A stretch of DNA of 64,000 nt, taken from positions 2,421-66,420 of the forward strand of contig CAYGWJ010000121.1 of the NCBI GenBank assembly GCA_964353405.1. The letters are read 5' to 3'. The notes under the pieces are model-generated. The model worked only from the letters and a program-made list of their open reading frames with translations, was not told the origin of the DNA and made no database searches. Of this stretch, positions 46,327 to 55,977 are shown one piece after another. This DNA comes from an uncultured Anaerolineae bacterium (GTDB lineage: Bacteria > Chloroflexota > Anaerolineae > Fen-1058). The translations under genes were made by a program, and so were the position numbers. How positions within the stretch are numbered: position 1 is the first letter of the stretch; every line of letters begins with the position of its first letter.

Positions 46327-49059
46327 TCACCCAGTTGTCTTTTTGCGTCTGGCGAGCCAGAGAGCAAGAGCGCACCCTGTCAACGTCACCACGCTGATCC
46401 CCAAGCCGACCCAGGGTGATGCTGGCGCAAACTCGAACTCGACTCGATGTCGCCCGGCCGGGACCGGCACGGCGCGAAAAAGAATGTCCGCCCGCGCAAT
46501 TTCGACCGGCTGGCCGTCCACCGTCGCGCGCCAGCCTGGATACCAGGCGTCCGTCAACACCAGCCAGCCCGCGCCTGCTCCATTCGTTTCGACTACGACA
46601 CGCTCGGGCTCATAGGTGACAATTCTAGTCTCGTAGGGCACGCTCCGCGTGGCAGCTTGCCCTACATTCGACTGCGAACCCTTCAACACCGCCGTCTGCG
46701 CAAGATCGAAGGACGTGGCACGCATCGCCGCGAGTGCCGTCGCATCATCCGGAGCGCTCACCGTTTGCGCCACCATAAAGGCGCGCGGCAGTGCGTCCAG
46801 GTTCTCGTAGATTTTGACATCGCCAGAGTGAACAAGCCGGAAACGCCCGCGCCCGGAGATGACGAGCGATTGAAAGCCGCCCGTCCGCTCGTCAATCAGC
46901 GAAGCGCCGCGCATGACGATTTGGCCGCTTGTCATCAGCGGCCTCACAGTGACGGACGTGACCACGCGCGGTTCGCCGAACTGCAGGCGCGTCACATAAT
47001 CATTGAATTCGGGATGGTCACGCACGAAATGCCCCCCTACCCGCGCAGCCTTGTGCTGCACTGCGTTCGTATAAACTCCCTCGGCGGTGTCAACGCCCGC
47101 GCGCAGGGTGAATGTCTGCGTGAGGCCATCCGCAAAACCGACCGCCACCTCGGCCGCCGGCGTGCCATCCGGCAGACTGCCTCCCCCCTGCAAGTAGGAC
47201 ACCACGCCCAGCGCCGTCGCTTCAAAGCGCGGGACGAACACGACACTCGCTTCGCCTAGAGGCGTGGTGAATTGCAAATCATAAAACACATCGTCAAGCC
47301 ATGCGTCGAGCGTCTTGTCGGTGATGACGTAGCGAACGTTCATCAATGACAGCCACCGGGCATCCGGCACATCGCGCAGATTCTCGCGCAAGCGTCCATC
47401 GGGCGAAACCTTGTCTGACGGAACAAACAACGCTTCGAGTGTCACGTAATTTCGCAGCGGCAGCACGCCGCCATCGTAACCGTCGGCGGCAGACAAGCGA
47501 TAATAGAGCGAGAGGTTCGGCCCGATGATTTCCTTTTGCTTGGTCGCAACCAACAGATCGTAAAACGCATCCTTCGGAAGTTGATCGGCAAAGATGCTCC
47601 CGAGCTCGGCCTTGTCGCCCGGGTCAAATTCGATGGGTGAAATCGAAAGAAAGCGCGAGGGCGGCTGATCGGCGCTGGCAGCCAGGAGATGCGCCACGGA
47701 AGGCCGCAGGCTCGTCAAGGCGTCCGGCGCGGTGGGATGGTTGTACCCCAGTGGGCGGCTGGCAAGGAACAATTCGGCAACGAGCAGGAAAAACATCAAA
47801 GACCCAATCTCAAACCCCCTAAAGAGGGAGATTCTCGAATGACAGCGCAACCAATTCGAGATTTGATCCACGCCGATGCCGGCCAGCATCGCCGCGCCAA
47901 AGGCATACAGGACCAGCCAGCGAGCCGGAACGCGAAAGAGATTGAACCCCGGCGCGAGCTTGATGAGCAATGAATACAGTGGGTTGTACCCGCCGAGCGC
48001 GAGCACCAGTCCAAGCAATGCCAGAATGCTCATCGCTCGACAAAAGACAAGGGACGACGGACTGACATGGGGCGTTTGTCCCCCAAAGCGATCCTGCGTT
48101 ACTCTCCAGGAGACCCATATTCCAACCGAGCTAAACGCGAGCCCGGTCACGCCAATGTATGCTACGTATTCGCTCAAGATCGTTTGGCGAAAGTTGGGTA
48201 ACAATGCCGGAAGGAGCAGCGCCGGACTGAGCGAAAACGATACCGCCTCGCGCCAGGTGAGGCCGCCCGCTCGCATGGACTGGCGAGCCAGCTCCAGCGT
48301 CGGCACAAGCTGCGCTGCCGCCAGCAAAGCGCCTAGCATCACCGCGCCGAGCCACACACCCAGCCGTTGCGCAAGGTGGCGTGCATTCCCTCGCCGAGCC
48401 GCTGCATTTTCAATGGCAGGCCACAACGCATAGACGCCCAACCCCACGAGCGAGATGAACACCGATTGCGAATGGCCGGCGAGCAACTGAATCGTCACGA
48501 CGGCTGCCAACGCAAATGCCCATTGCCAGCGTCCGAGCGCCAGATCGAAAAACGTGAACAGAAACGGCAGCCACGACAGCGCCTGGAACTGGTTCACGTG
48601 CTCGACCTGTGCGCTCAGGTAGCCTCCCAATGCAAACGTCACCGCGCCCAGCCATGCCGCCCAGCGGCCAAGCCCCAGGCTGCGCCGCGCAAAAATGTAT
48701 GCCCCGGCCCCGGCCAGCCACACGTGCAAAATGATCGTGAGGTTAATCGCGCGCGTTGTGGACAGCCACGCCAGCGCTAGGTTGAGCGGATACAAGACAC
48801 CGGTCTGGCTGTTGGCAAAGAACGGCACGCCCATGAACAGGTAAGGGTTCCACAGCGGGAGACGACCCTGGCGAATAGCAGCGGCGGCATAATTCCAGTT
48901 GGGGTAGAAATACAGGAACACGTCGCCGCGCGCGAGGATGAGATTGGTAAAGGTTAGCTTCCAGTAGAATACAAAACAAACAGTCAGCAACCCAAGATAG
49001 GGCACAACGCTGACCGACAGGGGAGCAAGCCTCTGAACTGCGCGAGATAGCTTTGCCAA
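46327..49059 (-). CDS. YfhO-family polytopic membrane glycosyltransferase-like protein
   Basis: 910 aa, more than 12 TM helices, with a large C-terminal extracytoplasmic domain. The N-terminal region resembles YfhO (PF09586). Confidence 0.7.
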   Translation of the reverse strand: MAKLSRAVQRLAPLSVSVVPYLGLLTVCFVFYWKLTFTNLILARGDVFLYFYPNWNYAAAAIRQGRLPLWNPYLFMGVPFFANSQTGVLYPLNLALAWLSTTRAINLTIILHVWLAGAGAYIFARRSLGLGRWAAWLGAVTFALGGYLSAQVEHVNQFQALSWLPFLFTFFDLALGRWQWAFALAAVVTIQLLAGHSQSVFISLVGLGVYALWPAIENAAARRGNARHLAQRLGVWLGAVMLGALLAAAQLVPTLELARQSMRAGGLTWREAVSFSLSPALLLPALLPNFRQTILSEYVAYIGVTGLAFSSVGIWVSWRVTQDRFGGQTPHVSPSSLVFCRAMSILALLGLVLALGGYNPLYSLLIKLAPGFNLFRVPARWLVLYAFGAAMLAGIGVDQISNWLRCHSRISLFRGFEIGSLMFFLLVAELFLASRPLGYNHPTAPDALTSLRPSVAHLLAASADQPPSRFLSISPIEFDPGDKAELGSIFADQLPKDAFYDLLVATKQKEIIGPNLSLYYRLSAADGYDGGVLPLRNYVTLEALFVPSDKVSPDGRLRENLRDVPDARWLSLMNVRYVITDKTLDAWLDDVFYDLQFTTPLGEASVVFVPRFEATALGVVSYLQGGGSLPDGTPAAEVAVGFADGLTQTFTLRAGVDTAEGVYTNAVQHKAARVGGHFVRDHPEFNDYVTRLQFGEPRVVTSVTVRPLMTSGQIVMRGASLIDERTGGFQSLVISGRGRFRLVHSGDVKIYENLDALPRAFMVAQTVSAPDDATALAAMRATSFDLAQTAVLKGSQSNVGQAATRSVPYETRIVTYEPERVVVETNGAGAGWLVLTDAWYPGWRATVDGQPVEIARADILFRAVPVPAGRHRVEFEFAPASPWVGLGISVVTLTGCALALWLARRKKTTG

Positions 49060-49063
49060 GAAA

Positions 49064-50578
49064 TCAGCCCTCGCTGCTTACAATGCGATACACAGTGAAC
49101 GTCGGCTGGCCGCGACGGTCTTGCGTGGTCAGCACAGGCGACAACGCAGCCCCCTCGGCGGCAAGGGCACGCTGGATGCGCGTGGTGGATTCGCTGGCCG
49201 GGAAGACGATAAAGCGCGGCGAGGTCCGTCCAAAGACGTGCACGTCCTCCGCCAGGGCCTGCGGCGTAGCAAAGTAGGCCACATAGACCCGGGCATCCCA
49301 CAGGTAATAGCGCAGCGTCCAGCCCAGCCAGTGATCGTACACGACCGTGCCATACGGAAAGCCGTGCAGGTAATCAGCCACGTCGTCAATGCCATCGTGC
49401 GGCCCGTGGTCGCCGCCGACGGGAAGCTGGCTTTGCGCAGCCTGCACTGCCGGGAAAACCATCAGGGCAAGGACAAGCGCTACAGCCACACAGGCAGCCG
49501 CGCGCGGCGAACGCACCCACACCGCCAGCCCACTGACGAACAAACCCGCTAACCTTCCCACCAGCAAGCACATGACTGGCACAAGCCCAAAGATGTAACG
49601 ATCCCACACCGGGAATGCCAGCAGCCAGTGCAAAAACAAGTAGCCCAACGCGAATGCTATCAAGACCAAATCGAGCGCAGCCGCCCAGGTCCGTGCTGCA
49701 AGCGTCAAGTCGTAGATCAACAGCAACGGCAGGCCCATTGCCAGCACGGCGAGCAGCGGCCACCCGAAAAAGTGCGGCAGAAAACTCGCCCAGCCCATCA
49801 GGCGCGGCATCGCCTCGCCGGCATAGATGGTGCGGATGCCGCCATAGTTGATCGTCTGCTGAATCCAGAACGGCGTGCCGCCGCGCACTCGATCCCACGC
49901 GACAACACCGACGAGCGGAACCGTCAGCCCGAGCACGAATTTAACCGCCACGGCCCACAGACACTGGGATTCTTGAAAGGTTTTTGTCTGTGTATCTTGG
50001 CGAGAAAGATCAGCGATTATTCCGCAGGTCAAGACCAGCGGCAAAAAGATGAGCGCCTGAATTTTGGTCGCCGCCGCCAGCCCCAGAAACATGCCCGCCC
50101 AACCTGGCCGCCTGCGCGTCACGGCGACCAGCGACGCCAACGCGAACATTACCATCAGCGGGTCGAGGAACGCCGTCGGCGAGAATAGAATCGCCATCGG
50201 CGAAAGCGACGTCGCCATCGCGGCAAGACCAGACCTGACAGGCTTGAGAGGCCTGTCAGGTCTCAATTGCCACATCAACGCCACACTGAGCACGCCCGCC
50301 ATCAAACCGATCAGCCGGGCGGCGACCTCGGTATGCCCCAAAATAAAGAACGCCACTGCCATCAGGTAAAACAGCAGCGGCGGTTTATCCGGCGCGGCCC
50401 AAGCCAGCAGCCTGTCGCGCCCGTAGGCAATCGCCAGCGCCCACGACGCATACAGCGCCTCGTCGGAGTGAAAGCGATTCGCCCACAGCGGCCCCAGCCG
50501 CAGGCCAAACGCCACCCAGCACAACAGAAGGGGCATTATCCAGGACAGCCGGTGTTTTCTGCCCTGTGCGTCCTGCAT
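49064..50578 (-). CDS. GT39/GT83 ArnT/PMT-family membrane glycosyltransferase
   Basis: 504 aa polytopic protein. The N-terminal ...RFHSDEALYA... matches the DE motif region of ArnT/PMT-type enzymes. Confidence 0.7.
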   Translation of the reverse strand: MQDAQGRKHRLSWIMPLLLCWVAFGLRLGPLWANRFHSDEALYASWALAIAYGRDRLLAWAAPDKPPLLFYLMAVAFFILGHTEVAARLIGLMAGVLSVALMWQLRPDRPLKPVRSGLAAMATSLSPMAILFSPTAFLDPLMVMFALASLVAVTRRRPGWAGMFLGLAAATKIQALIFLPLVLTCGIIADLSRQDTQTKTFQESQCLWAVAVKFVLGLTVPLVGVVAWDRVRGGTPFWIQQTINYGGIRTIYAGEAMPRLMGWASFLPHFFGWPLLAVLAMGLPLLLIYDLTLAARTWAAALDLVLIAFALGYLFLHWLLAFPVWDRYIFGLVPVMCLLVGRLAGLFVSGLAVWVRSPRAAACVAVALVLALMVFPAVQAAQSQLPVGGDHGPHDGIDDVADYLHGFPYGTVVYDHWLGWTLRYYLWDARVYVAYFATPQALAEDVHVFGRTSPRFIVFPASESTTRIQRALAAEGAALSPVLTTQDRRGQPTFTVYRIVSSEG

Positions 50579-50597
50579 CTTGCCTCTTGCTTCTTGC

Positions 50598-51278
50598 TCA
50601 ATCTACACAGCGATACTTGAGCAGCGTCCACAGCACCACGAACCCATCGTGCCAGGAGATCTTTTTGCCTTCGTAAAACTCGCGGCCATAATACGAAATG
50701 GGCACCTCAAAGATGCGATTGCCACGCTTGAGCACCTTGGCCGTGATCTCAGGGTCAATTCCCCAACGGTCCGATTTGATGTTCAGGCCTTTAGCTATGT
50801 CGGCACATAGCACCTTGTAGCCGGTCTCCATGTCGCTCAAGGTGGTATCGAACAGGATGTTGGTGACAAGCGTGAGAAATTGATTGCCAAGCCAGTGTGT
50901 GAACAGCATATCCTTGCGCGGGCCGATAAAGCGCGATCCATAGACGACTTTGACACGGCCCTCCACGATAGGGCGAATCAGAGTCGGGTAATCACGAGGA
51001 TCGTACTCAAGGTCGGCGTCTTGAATGATGACAATATCGCCCGTAAAGCGCTCCAGACCGCTCCGTACTGCCGCGCCTTTGCCTCGATTGCGGTCGTGCA
51101 AGACGAGCGTCACATCGCCTTTTTGCTCTTCTTCCTTCAAAATCTCGCGCGTGCCGTCGGTCGAAAAATCATCCACCACGATGATCTCGTTCACCAGGTT
51201 CACCGAACGCACCTGCGCCAGAATCTGGCGGGTGGTCTCCTTCTCGTTGAATACCGGCATGATGATGGACAGTCTCAC
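50598..51278 (-). CDS. GT2 polyprenyl-phosphate sugar transferase (Dpm1/GtrB/ArnC-like)
   Basis: LSIIMPVFNEKETT...VVDDFSTDGT...IQDADLEYDP, giving the DxD motif and GT-A fold signatures. Confidence 0.85.
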   Translation of the reverse strand: MRLSIIMPVFNEKETTRQILAQVRSVNLVNEIIVVDDFSTDGTREILKEEEQKGDVTLVLHDRNRGKGAAVRSGLERFTGDIVIIQDADLEYDPRDYPTLIRPIVEGRVKVVYGSRFIGPRKDMLFTHWLGNQFLTLVTNILFDTTLSDMETGYKVLCADIAKGLNIKSDRWGIDPEITAKVLKRGNRIFEVPISYYGREFYEGKKISWHDGFVVLWTLLKYRCVD

Positions 51279-51364
51279 GCTGTAAGCCTCCAGGCTTTAG
51301 CCGGATTATACAAGTCAACCCATCAACTAGCAAACCCGGTCACTTTCTGTTACAATGGCCCGCG

Positions 51365-52156
51365 ATGGAACTTGGCGAAGCACTGGGCATCCAACCGGGC
51401 GATATGGCCGCGTTCGTCGGCGCGGGTGGCAAGACCACGTCCATCTGGCGCATTCAAGGCGAGCTCGCCACACAAGGCTTGCGCTCTATCCTGACGACGA
51501 CGACCAAGATCATGGAGCCGGTCATGCCACCTGACGGCGCGTTGATGCTAACAGCCCGGCCCGACGCCGGCCGCGTAGGCGCTCTACTTGACCGCGCGCC
51601 GCGCCTGGCATTGGCCTCGCGCCGGTTGGACGAGCCGTATCCTTGCCACGCCGACCACCCCGTTCCATCGCGTCCGTACAAAGTGGATGGCCTGCCAACC
51701 GAGACGCTGAACGAGCTTGTCAGGCAATGGCCGGGCGTTACCTGGCTGGTCGAAGCCGATGGCGCCAAGGGCTGCGGCCTCAAGCTGCCCGCCGCTCACG
51801 AGCCTGTCATTCCAGGTTGCGCGACCATCGTCGTGGTCATGGCGCACCTCGATGTGCTAGGCTGTCCTCTCGATGAGACGACCGTGCATCGAGTGACTGA
51901 TGCAACGCGTGCACTGGGCGTGCCCGTCGGAACGCCGCTCGCGCCTGCGATGTTTGCCCGCGTGCTGACGGATGATACGCTGGGATTCAAGGGCATTCCC
52001 CACCGAGCGCGCGCCGTCGCATTGCTCACACAGCGAGGCCCAACACTACATGCGGATGCCCTCGCGCTGGCCGAGGCGCTTGGCGCGCGCTACAGTCGTG
52101 TCGTCATCGCCGCGTTGCGCGCGGACAAGCCAGTCTTGCAGGTCAGGATACAATGA
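51365..52156 (+). CDS. yqeC: Putative selenium-dependent molybdenum hydroxylase accessory protein YqeC
   Basis: N-terminus AFVGAGGKTTSIWRI plus the WLVEADGAKG pattern of the YqeC (TIGR03172) family. Confidence 0.65.
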   Translation: MELGEALGIQPGDMAAFVGAGGKTTSIWRIQGELATQGLRSILTTTTKIMEPVMPPDGALMLTARPDAGRVGALLDRAPRLALASRRLDEPYPCHADHPVPSRPYKVDGLPTETLNELVRQWPGVTWLVEADGAKGCGLKLPAAHEPVIPGCATIVVVMAHLDVLGCPLDETTVHRVTDATRALGVPVGTPLAPAMFARVLTDDTLGFKGIPHRARAVALLTQRGPTLHADALALAEALGARYSRVVIAALRADKPVLQVRIQ

Positions 52157-53553
52157 GCGAGCAACCGGTCGCCGCGATGATCCTGGCCGCTGGCGCATCC
52201 GAGCGGTATGGCCAGCCCAAGGCCCTGCTTGACTGGAACGGCCAGCCGCTCATTGCGCACATCGCGCGAGCGGTGCTGGCCTCACCCGCGCGGCCTGTTG
52301 TCGTCGTGCTGGGCGCGCACGCGGAAGAGATTCGCCCGGCGCTGAATGGCTTGCCGGTTCACATCGTCGTCAATCCAAACTGGCGCGATGGCATGAGCGC
52401 GTCCATTCGCGCAGGACTGGCTGCGCTGCCCAACGGAGCTCGCGCTGTGTTGTTCGTCATGGGCGATCAACCGGGCATCACGCCTGACCTGGTCGAGTCG
52501 CTCATCGCCCAGTTCCGCGAGACGGGCGCGCTCATCGTCGAGCCGCGCTTCCGCGACCAGCCCGGCACGCCGACGCTGTTCGCTTGCCAGATGTTCCCAG
52601 AATTGATGCAACTCACGGGCGACCGGGGCGGACGTCCGCTCATCAACAAATATTCTGACCGCGTGGCCGTTGTTCAAGTGGGCGACCTCGCCACGCTGAA
52701 AGATATTGACACTCCTGAGGATTACAAAGAACAAATGTCAAATTTCAAATCCCAAAAAGAAGAGTTGAACAAGATTCGCGCCGTCGTGAGCGATATGGAT
52801 GGCGTGCTGTGGCGCGGCGACAAGCCGATGCCGGGGCTGATCGAGTTCTTTGCGTTCCTGCGCGAGCGGGACATTCACTTTATCCTGGCAACGAACAATG
52901 CCACGCGCACCGCCAGGCAATACGCCGACAAGCTCGCCAGTCACGGCGTGACGGTATCAGAGGCCGAGATTCTGCCGTCGTGCGATGTGGTTTCAGATTA
53001 TCTCGTCACGATCGCCAAGCCGGGCGCGCGTGTGTTCGTCGTGGGCGAAGCCGCCTTGGCCGATAGCCTTGCGGCGCGCGGCTTTGTCATCAGCCAAGAC
53101 GAAGCCGAGTTTGTTGTGGCCGGGCTGGATCGCCAGGTCACCTACGCCAAGGTTGCGCACGCCACGCGCCTGATTCGCAACGGCGCACAATTCATCGGTA
53201 CCAATCCCGACAAGACCTGGCCAAGCGAGACCGGCGTGACGCCCGGCGCGGGTGCAGTTCTGGCCTTTATAGAAGCCGCCACCGATGTCAAGCCCTTCAT
53301 CGTCGCCAAGCCGGAGCCGGTGATGTTCCAGCAGGCGCTCGCGCGGTTGGGCACTCGGCCCGAAGAAACAGTCATGATCGGCGACCGGCTAGAGACCGAC
53401 ATCGAGGGCGGCCATCGCGCCGGGCTCAAGACCCTCCTGGTGCTTTCGGGCATCAGCACTGAGGGGGACGTCGAACAGACTGGCATCCGCCCGGATTGGA
53501 CCTTCCGCGACATTGGTGAATTGACGCTGGTGTGGCGAAAGCTAGTTGGATGA
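52153..53553 (+). CDS. Fusion of molybdenum cofactor cytidylyltransferase MocA (N-terminal) and a HAD-IIA NagD-like phosphatase (C-terminal)
   Basis: N-terminal MobA-like nucleotidyltransferase region (AMILAAGASERYGQPKALLDW...VMGDQPGITPD). C-terminal HAD motifs (VVSDMDGVLWRG, ...GDRLETDIEGG...). Confidence 0.75.
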   Translation: MSEQPVAAMILAAGASERYGQPKALLDWNGQPLIAHIARAVLASPARPVVVVLGAHAEEIRPALNGLPVHIVVNPNWRDGMSASIRAGLAALPNGARAVLFVMGDQPGITPDLVESLIAQFRETGALIVEPRFRDQPGTPTLFACQMFPELMQLTGDRGGRPLINKYSDRVAVVQVGDLATLKDIDTPEDYKEQMSNFKSQKEELNKIRAVVSDMDGVLWRGDKPMPGLIEFFAFLRERDIHFILATNNATRTARQYADKLASHGVTVSEAEILPSCDVVSDYLVTIAKPGARVFVVGEAALADSLAARGFVISQDEAEFVVAGLDRQVTYAKVAHATRLIRNGAQFIGTNPDKTWPSETGVTPGAGAVLAFIEAATDVKPFIVAKPEPVMFQQALARLGTRPEETVMIGDRLETDIEGGHRAGLKTLLVLSGISTEGDVEQTGIRPDWTFRDIGELTLVWRKLVG

Positions 53554-54626
53554 ACAAGCCCGCAGCTTTACTTGATTTGAGCTTGGACGAACTGCAGAAC
53601 CTGTTTCAATCCTGGGGCGAGCCGCCTTATCGCGCCAAACAAGTCTGGAGCAGGCTCTACCAAAAGCTGGCCGCGTCCTATGATGAGATGACAGAGCTTT
53701 CCAGAGCGCTGCGCGAAAAGCTGGCGCAAGAGACCGTCATCGGTCGGCTCACGCCGCGCGCCGAGCAGCGCTCGTCGGACGGGCAGACGCGCAAGCTTCT
53801 CTTTGTCCTGCCCGATGGCGCGCAGGTCGAGTCAGTGCTGATGAGTTACGAGCGCCGACGCACGACGTGCATCTCCACTCAAGCGGGTTGTGCGATGAAC
53901 TGCTCGTTTTGCGCCACAGGCCAGGGCGGCTTTCAACGCAACCTCACCTCTGGTGAGATCATCGAGCAGGTTCTCTTTTTCGCCCGCGAGCTTGCCATCT
54001 CCAATCCCCAATCTCCCATCTCCAATATCGTATTCATGGGTATGGGCGAGCCGTTCGCCAATTACGATCAGGTCGTGGCCGCCGTCCGCCGACTCAACGA
54101 CCCGCAAGGGTTCAACTTGGGCGCGCGGCGGATGACCGTGTCCACCGTGGGACTGGTGCAGGGTATCCGAAAGCTGGCGAGCGAAGACATCCAGATCAAC
54201 CTGGCCGTGTCGCTCCATGCGGCAACCGACGAGTTGCGCAATCAACTGGTGCCCATCAACAAGCGGTACCCACTGAGTGAAATCATGTCCGCCGTGCGCG
54301 AGTATATCGAACGGACACATCGTCGCGTGAGTTTTGAGTGGGCCCTCATCGAAGGAGTGAACGACACGCCGGAACAGGCCCACGCGCTGGCACAACTGAT
54401 CAAGGGAATGCTGTGTCACGTCAACCTGATTCCGCTCAACCCGACGAGCGGCTACCCCGGCGCGGCTTCGACGCGTGAGCGCATCGCGGCGTTTCGTTCC
54501 ATTCTAGAGTCGGCCAACATTCCCAACACGCTCCGCCTGCGGCGCGGGATAGATATTCAAGCGGGTTGCGGACAACTTCGGCAAAGGGTCAACTCACCAA
54601 TGAGAAACGGGTCAGTTAGCAAATGA
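53550..54626 (+). CDS. rlmN: 23S rRNA / tRNA m2A methyltransferase RlmN (radical SAM)
   Basis: CAMNCSFCATGQ radical-SAM cluster motif and conserved N- and C-terminal RlmN regions. The ATG at 53550 overlaps the upstream stop (ATGA); an in-frame ATG at 53532 is an alternative start. Confidence 0.85.
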   Translation: MNKPAALLDLSLDELQNLFQSWGEPPYRAKQVWSRLYQKLAASYDEMTELSRALREKLAQETVIGRLTPRAEQRSSDGQTRKLLFVLPDGAQVESVLMSYERRRTTCISTQAGCAMNCSFCATGQGGFQRNLTSGEIIEQVLFFARELAISNPQSPISNIVFMGMGEPFANYDQVVAAVRRLNDPQGFNLGARRMTVSTVGLVQGIRKLASEDIQINLAVSLHAATDELRNQLVPINKRYPLSEIMSAVREYIERTHRRVSFEWALIEGVNDTPEQAHALAQLIKGMLCHVNLIPLNPTSGYPGAASTRERIAAFRSILESANIPNTLRLRRGIDIQAGCGQLRQRVNSPMRNGSVSK

Positions 54627-54762
54627 TCTGGCTCACGTCGCCTTCGAGGTGAAAACGCCCAAAATACGGACGAAAAGAGGCCGATTTCACCTCTGAGGCC
54701 ATATGATCTAATGATCTAAAGAGTGGAATGGTATTTCCATAACAATACGCTAATTTTATATC

Positions 54763-54792
54763 TTGACAAATGATACTATATTTGGTACTATA
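54763..54792 (+). promoter_or_regulatory. Sigma70-like promoter for hicA, with flanking 8-bp direct repeats
   Basis: TTGACA (54763-54768), an 18-nt spacer, then TACTAT (54787-54792). TACTATAT occurs twice (54774-54781 and 54787-54794). Confidence 0.5.
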
Positions 54793-54815
54793 TATCATGA
54801 AGATGGCAGCATACA

Positions 54816-55070
54816 ATGAGCAAAAAAGAGAAGCTAGTCCAAAAAATCAGGAACAACCCTAAAATAGTCTCATTTGAGGATTTGGACAGCGTCCTTACTT
54901 GGTATGGTTTTGTCAAGCGTTCATCCAGCTCGGGAACCAGCCATGTTTACTACACATTGGGTGTCTATCAAATATCGGTTCCCTACAGACGCCCGCATGT
55001 CAAAGCGACCTATGTCAGACAAGTGTTGGACATCCTTGACCAGATTGATGAAGAACAAGAGTTGCTCTAG
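54816..55070 (+). CDS. hicA: HicA-family type II toxin (mRNA interferase, YcfA-like)
   Basis: 84 aa. ...GFVKRSSSSGTSHVYYTL...VPYRRPHVKATYVRQVLDIL matches the HicA GSH motif and C-terminal pattern. It lies directly upstream of a HicB homolog in a low-GC island. Confidence 0.6.
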   Translation: MSKKEKLVQKIRNNPKIVSFEDLDSVLTWYGFVKRSSSSGTSHVYYTLGVYQISVPYRRPHVKATYVRQVLDILDQIDEEQELL

Positions 55071-55110
55071 TCTGGTGGACTTGTTCGGCATACGCTGCTC
55101 GTAAAGGTGT

Positions 55111-55977
55111 TTGAAGATGATCGAACGAAAAGATCTCTATTATTATCTCTCTTTGCCTTACACGATTCAATTGATTCGGGAAGACGAAGAAACATGGTTT
55201 GCCCGTGTGGTCGAATTACCAGGTTGCATGACAGAGGGGGATTCGGCACAAGAAGCGGCCGAGATGATTCTCGATGCAATGACAGGCTGGATCGAAATCT
55301 CTTTGGAGGATGGGCGCGCCATTCCCGAACCCCGTCCTACTGAAGACTACAGCGGCAAATTTCTAGTGCGTCTGCCGCGCTCTTTGCATCGGGAATTGGT
55401 GCAGGCGGCTGAACGCGAGAGAGTCAGCCTGAATTCATTTGTTAACGCGTCTTTGGGACGAGCAGTGGGGCAGCCACCGACTCGCAAGCCAGAGAAAACA
55501 TCAGTCGGTGATGCCAGGCCGGCATGGCCGCGGTTGAGCGAGGCGGCGCGCAAAGCGATGTTGGATGCTGGCTGCGAGGTCGAAGCGCAAGAGATCAACG
55601 AACAACTCTTTGCAAACTGGGTAGAGCGAAATATTGAAGATGTGCAAGCGACTCTGGCGAGTGGGCATTTTCAAGATGCTGCCGCGCGCCTGGAACGACA
55701 TCTGATCGAGTTACAGACCGCGGGCGAGGCCAGCCCGCTGATGGGCGTGTTTTGCCGACTGCTATCCCTATTGCGTACTCAAGTTGAACAAAACGCGCAG
55801 TTGCGCATCAGTTTGGTGAACCAGGTTCTGAATCAAGATCAAATCATGGCGCGTGCTTATGCCCAGGTATCAACCACCTTGCCGGTGCAAGAGCCAAGAG
55901 AAGTAACATACTCGGCTTTTGGACACGAGTGGGCACAATCCATGGAAGACTCGCTCAAGAAATGGGGAGCGCGATAA
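55111..55977 (+). CDS. hicB: HicB-family antitoxin with a ~170-aa C-terminal extension
   Basis: N-terminal HicB/UPF0150 fold (YTIQLIREDEETWFARVVELPGCMTEGDSAQEAAEM). RHH motif GKFLVRLPRSLHRELVQAAERERVSLNSFV. The 170-aa tail has no recognisable domain. Confidence 0.65.
   Translation: MKMIERKDLYYYLSLPYTIQLIREDEETWFARVVELPGCMTEGDSAQEAAEMILDAMTGWIEISLEDGRAIPEPRPTEDYSGKFLVRLPRSLHRELVQAAERERVSLNSFVNASLGRAVGQPPTRKPEKTSVGDARPAWPRLSEAARKAMLDAGCEVEAQEINEQLFANWVERNIEDVQATLASGHFQDAAARLERHLIELQTAGEASPLMGVFCRLLSLLRTQVEQNAQLRISLVNQVLNQDQIMARAYAQVSTTLPVQEPREVTYSAFGHEWAQSMEDSLKKWGAR

Noticed and set aside
54616-54816. 66-aa minus-strand ORF in the AT-rich region upstream of hicA
   Set aside because: It overlaps the predicted hicA promoter. 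It has no Shine-Dalgarno, no homology signal, and its composition is consistent with non-coding AT-rich DNA.
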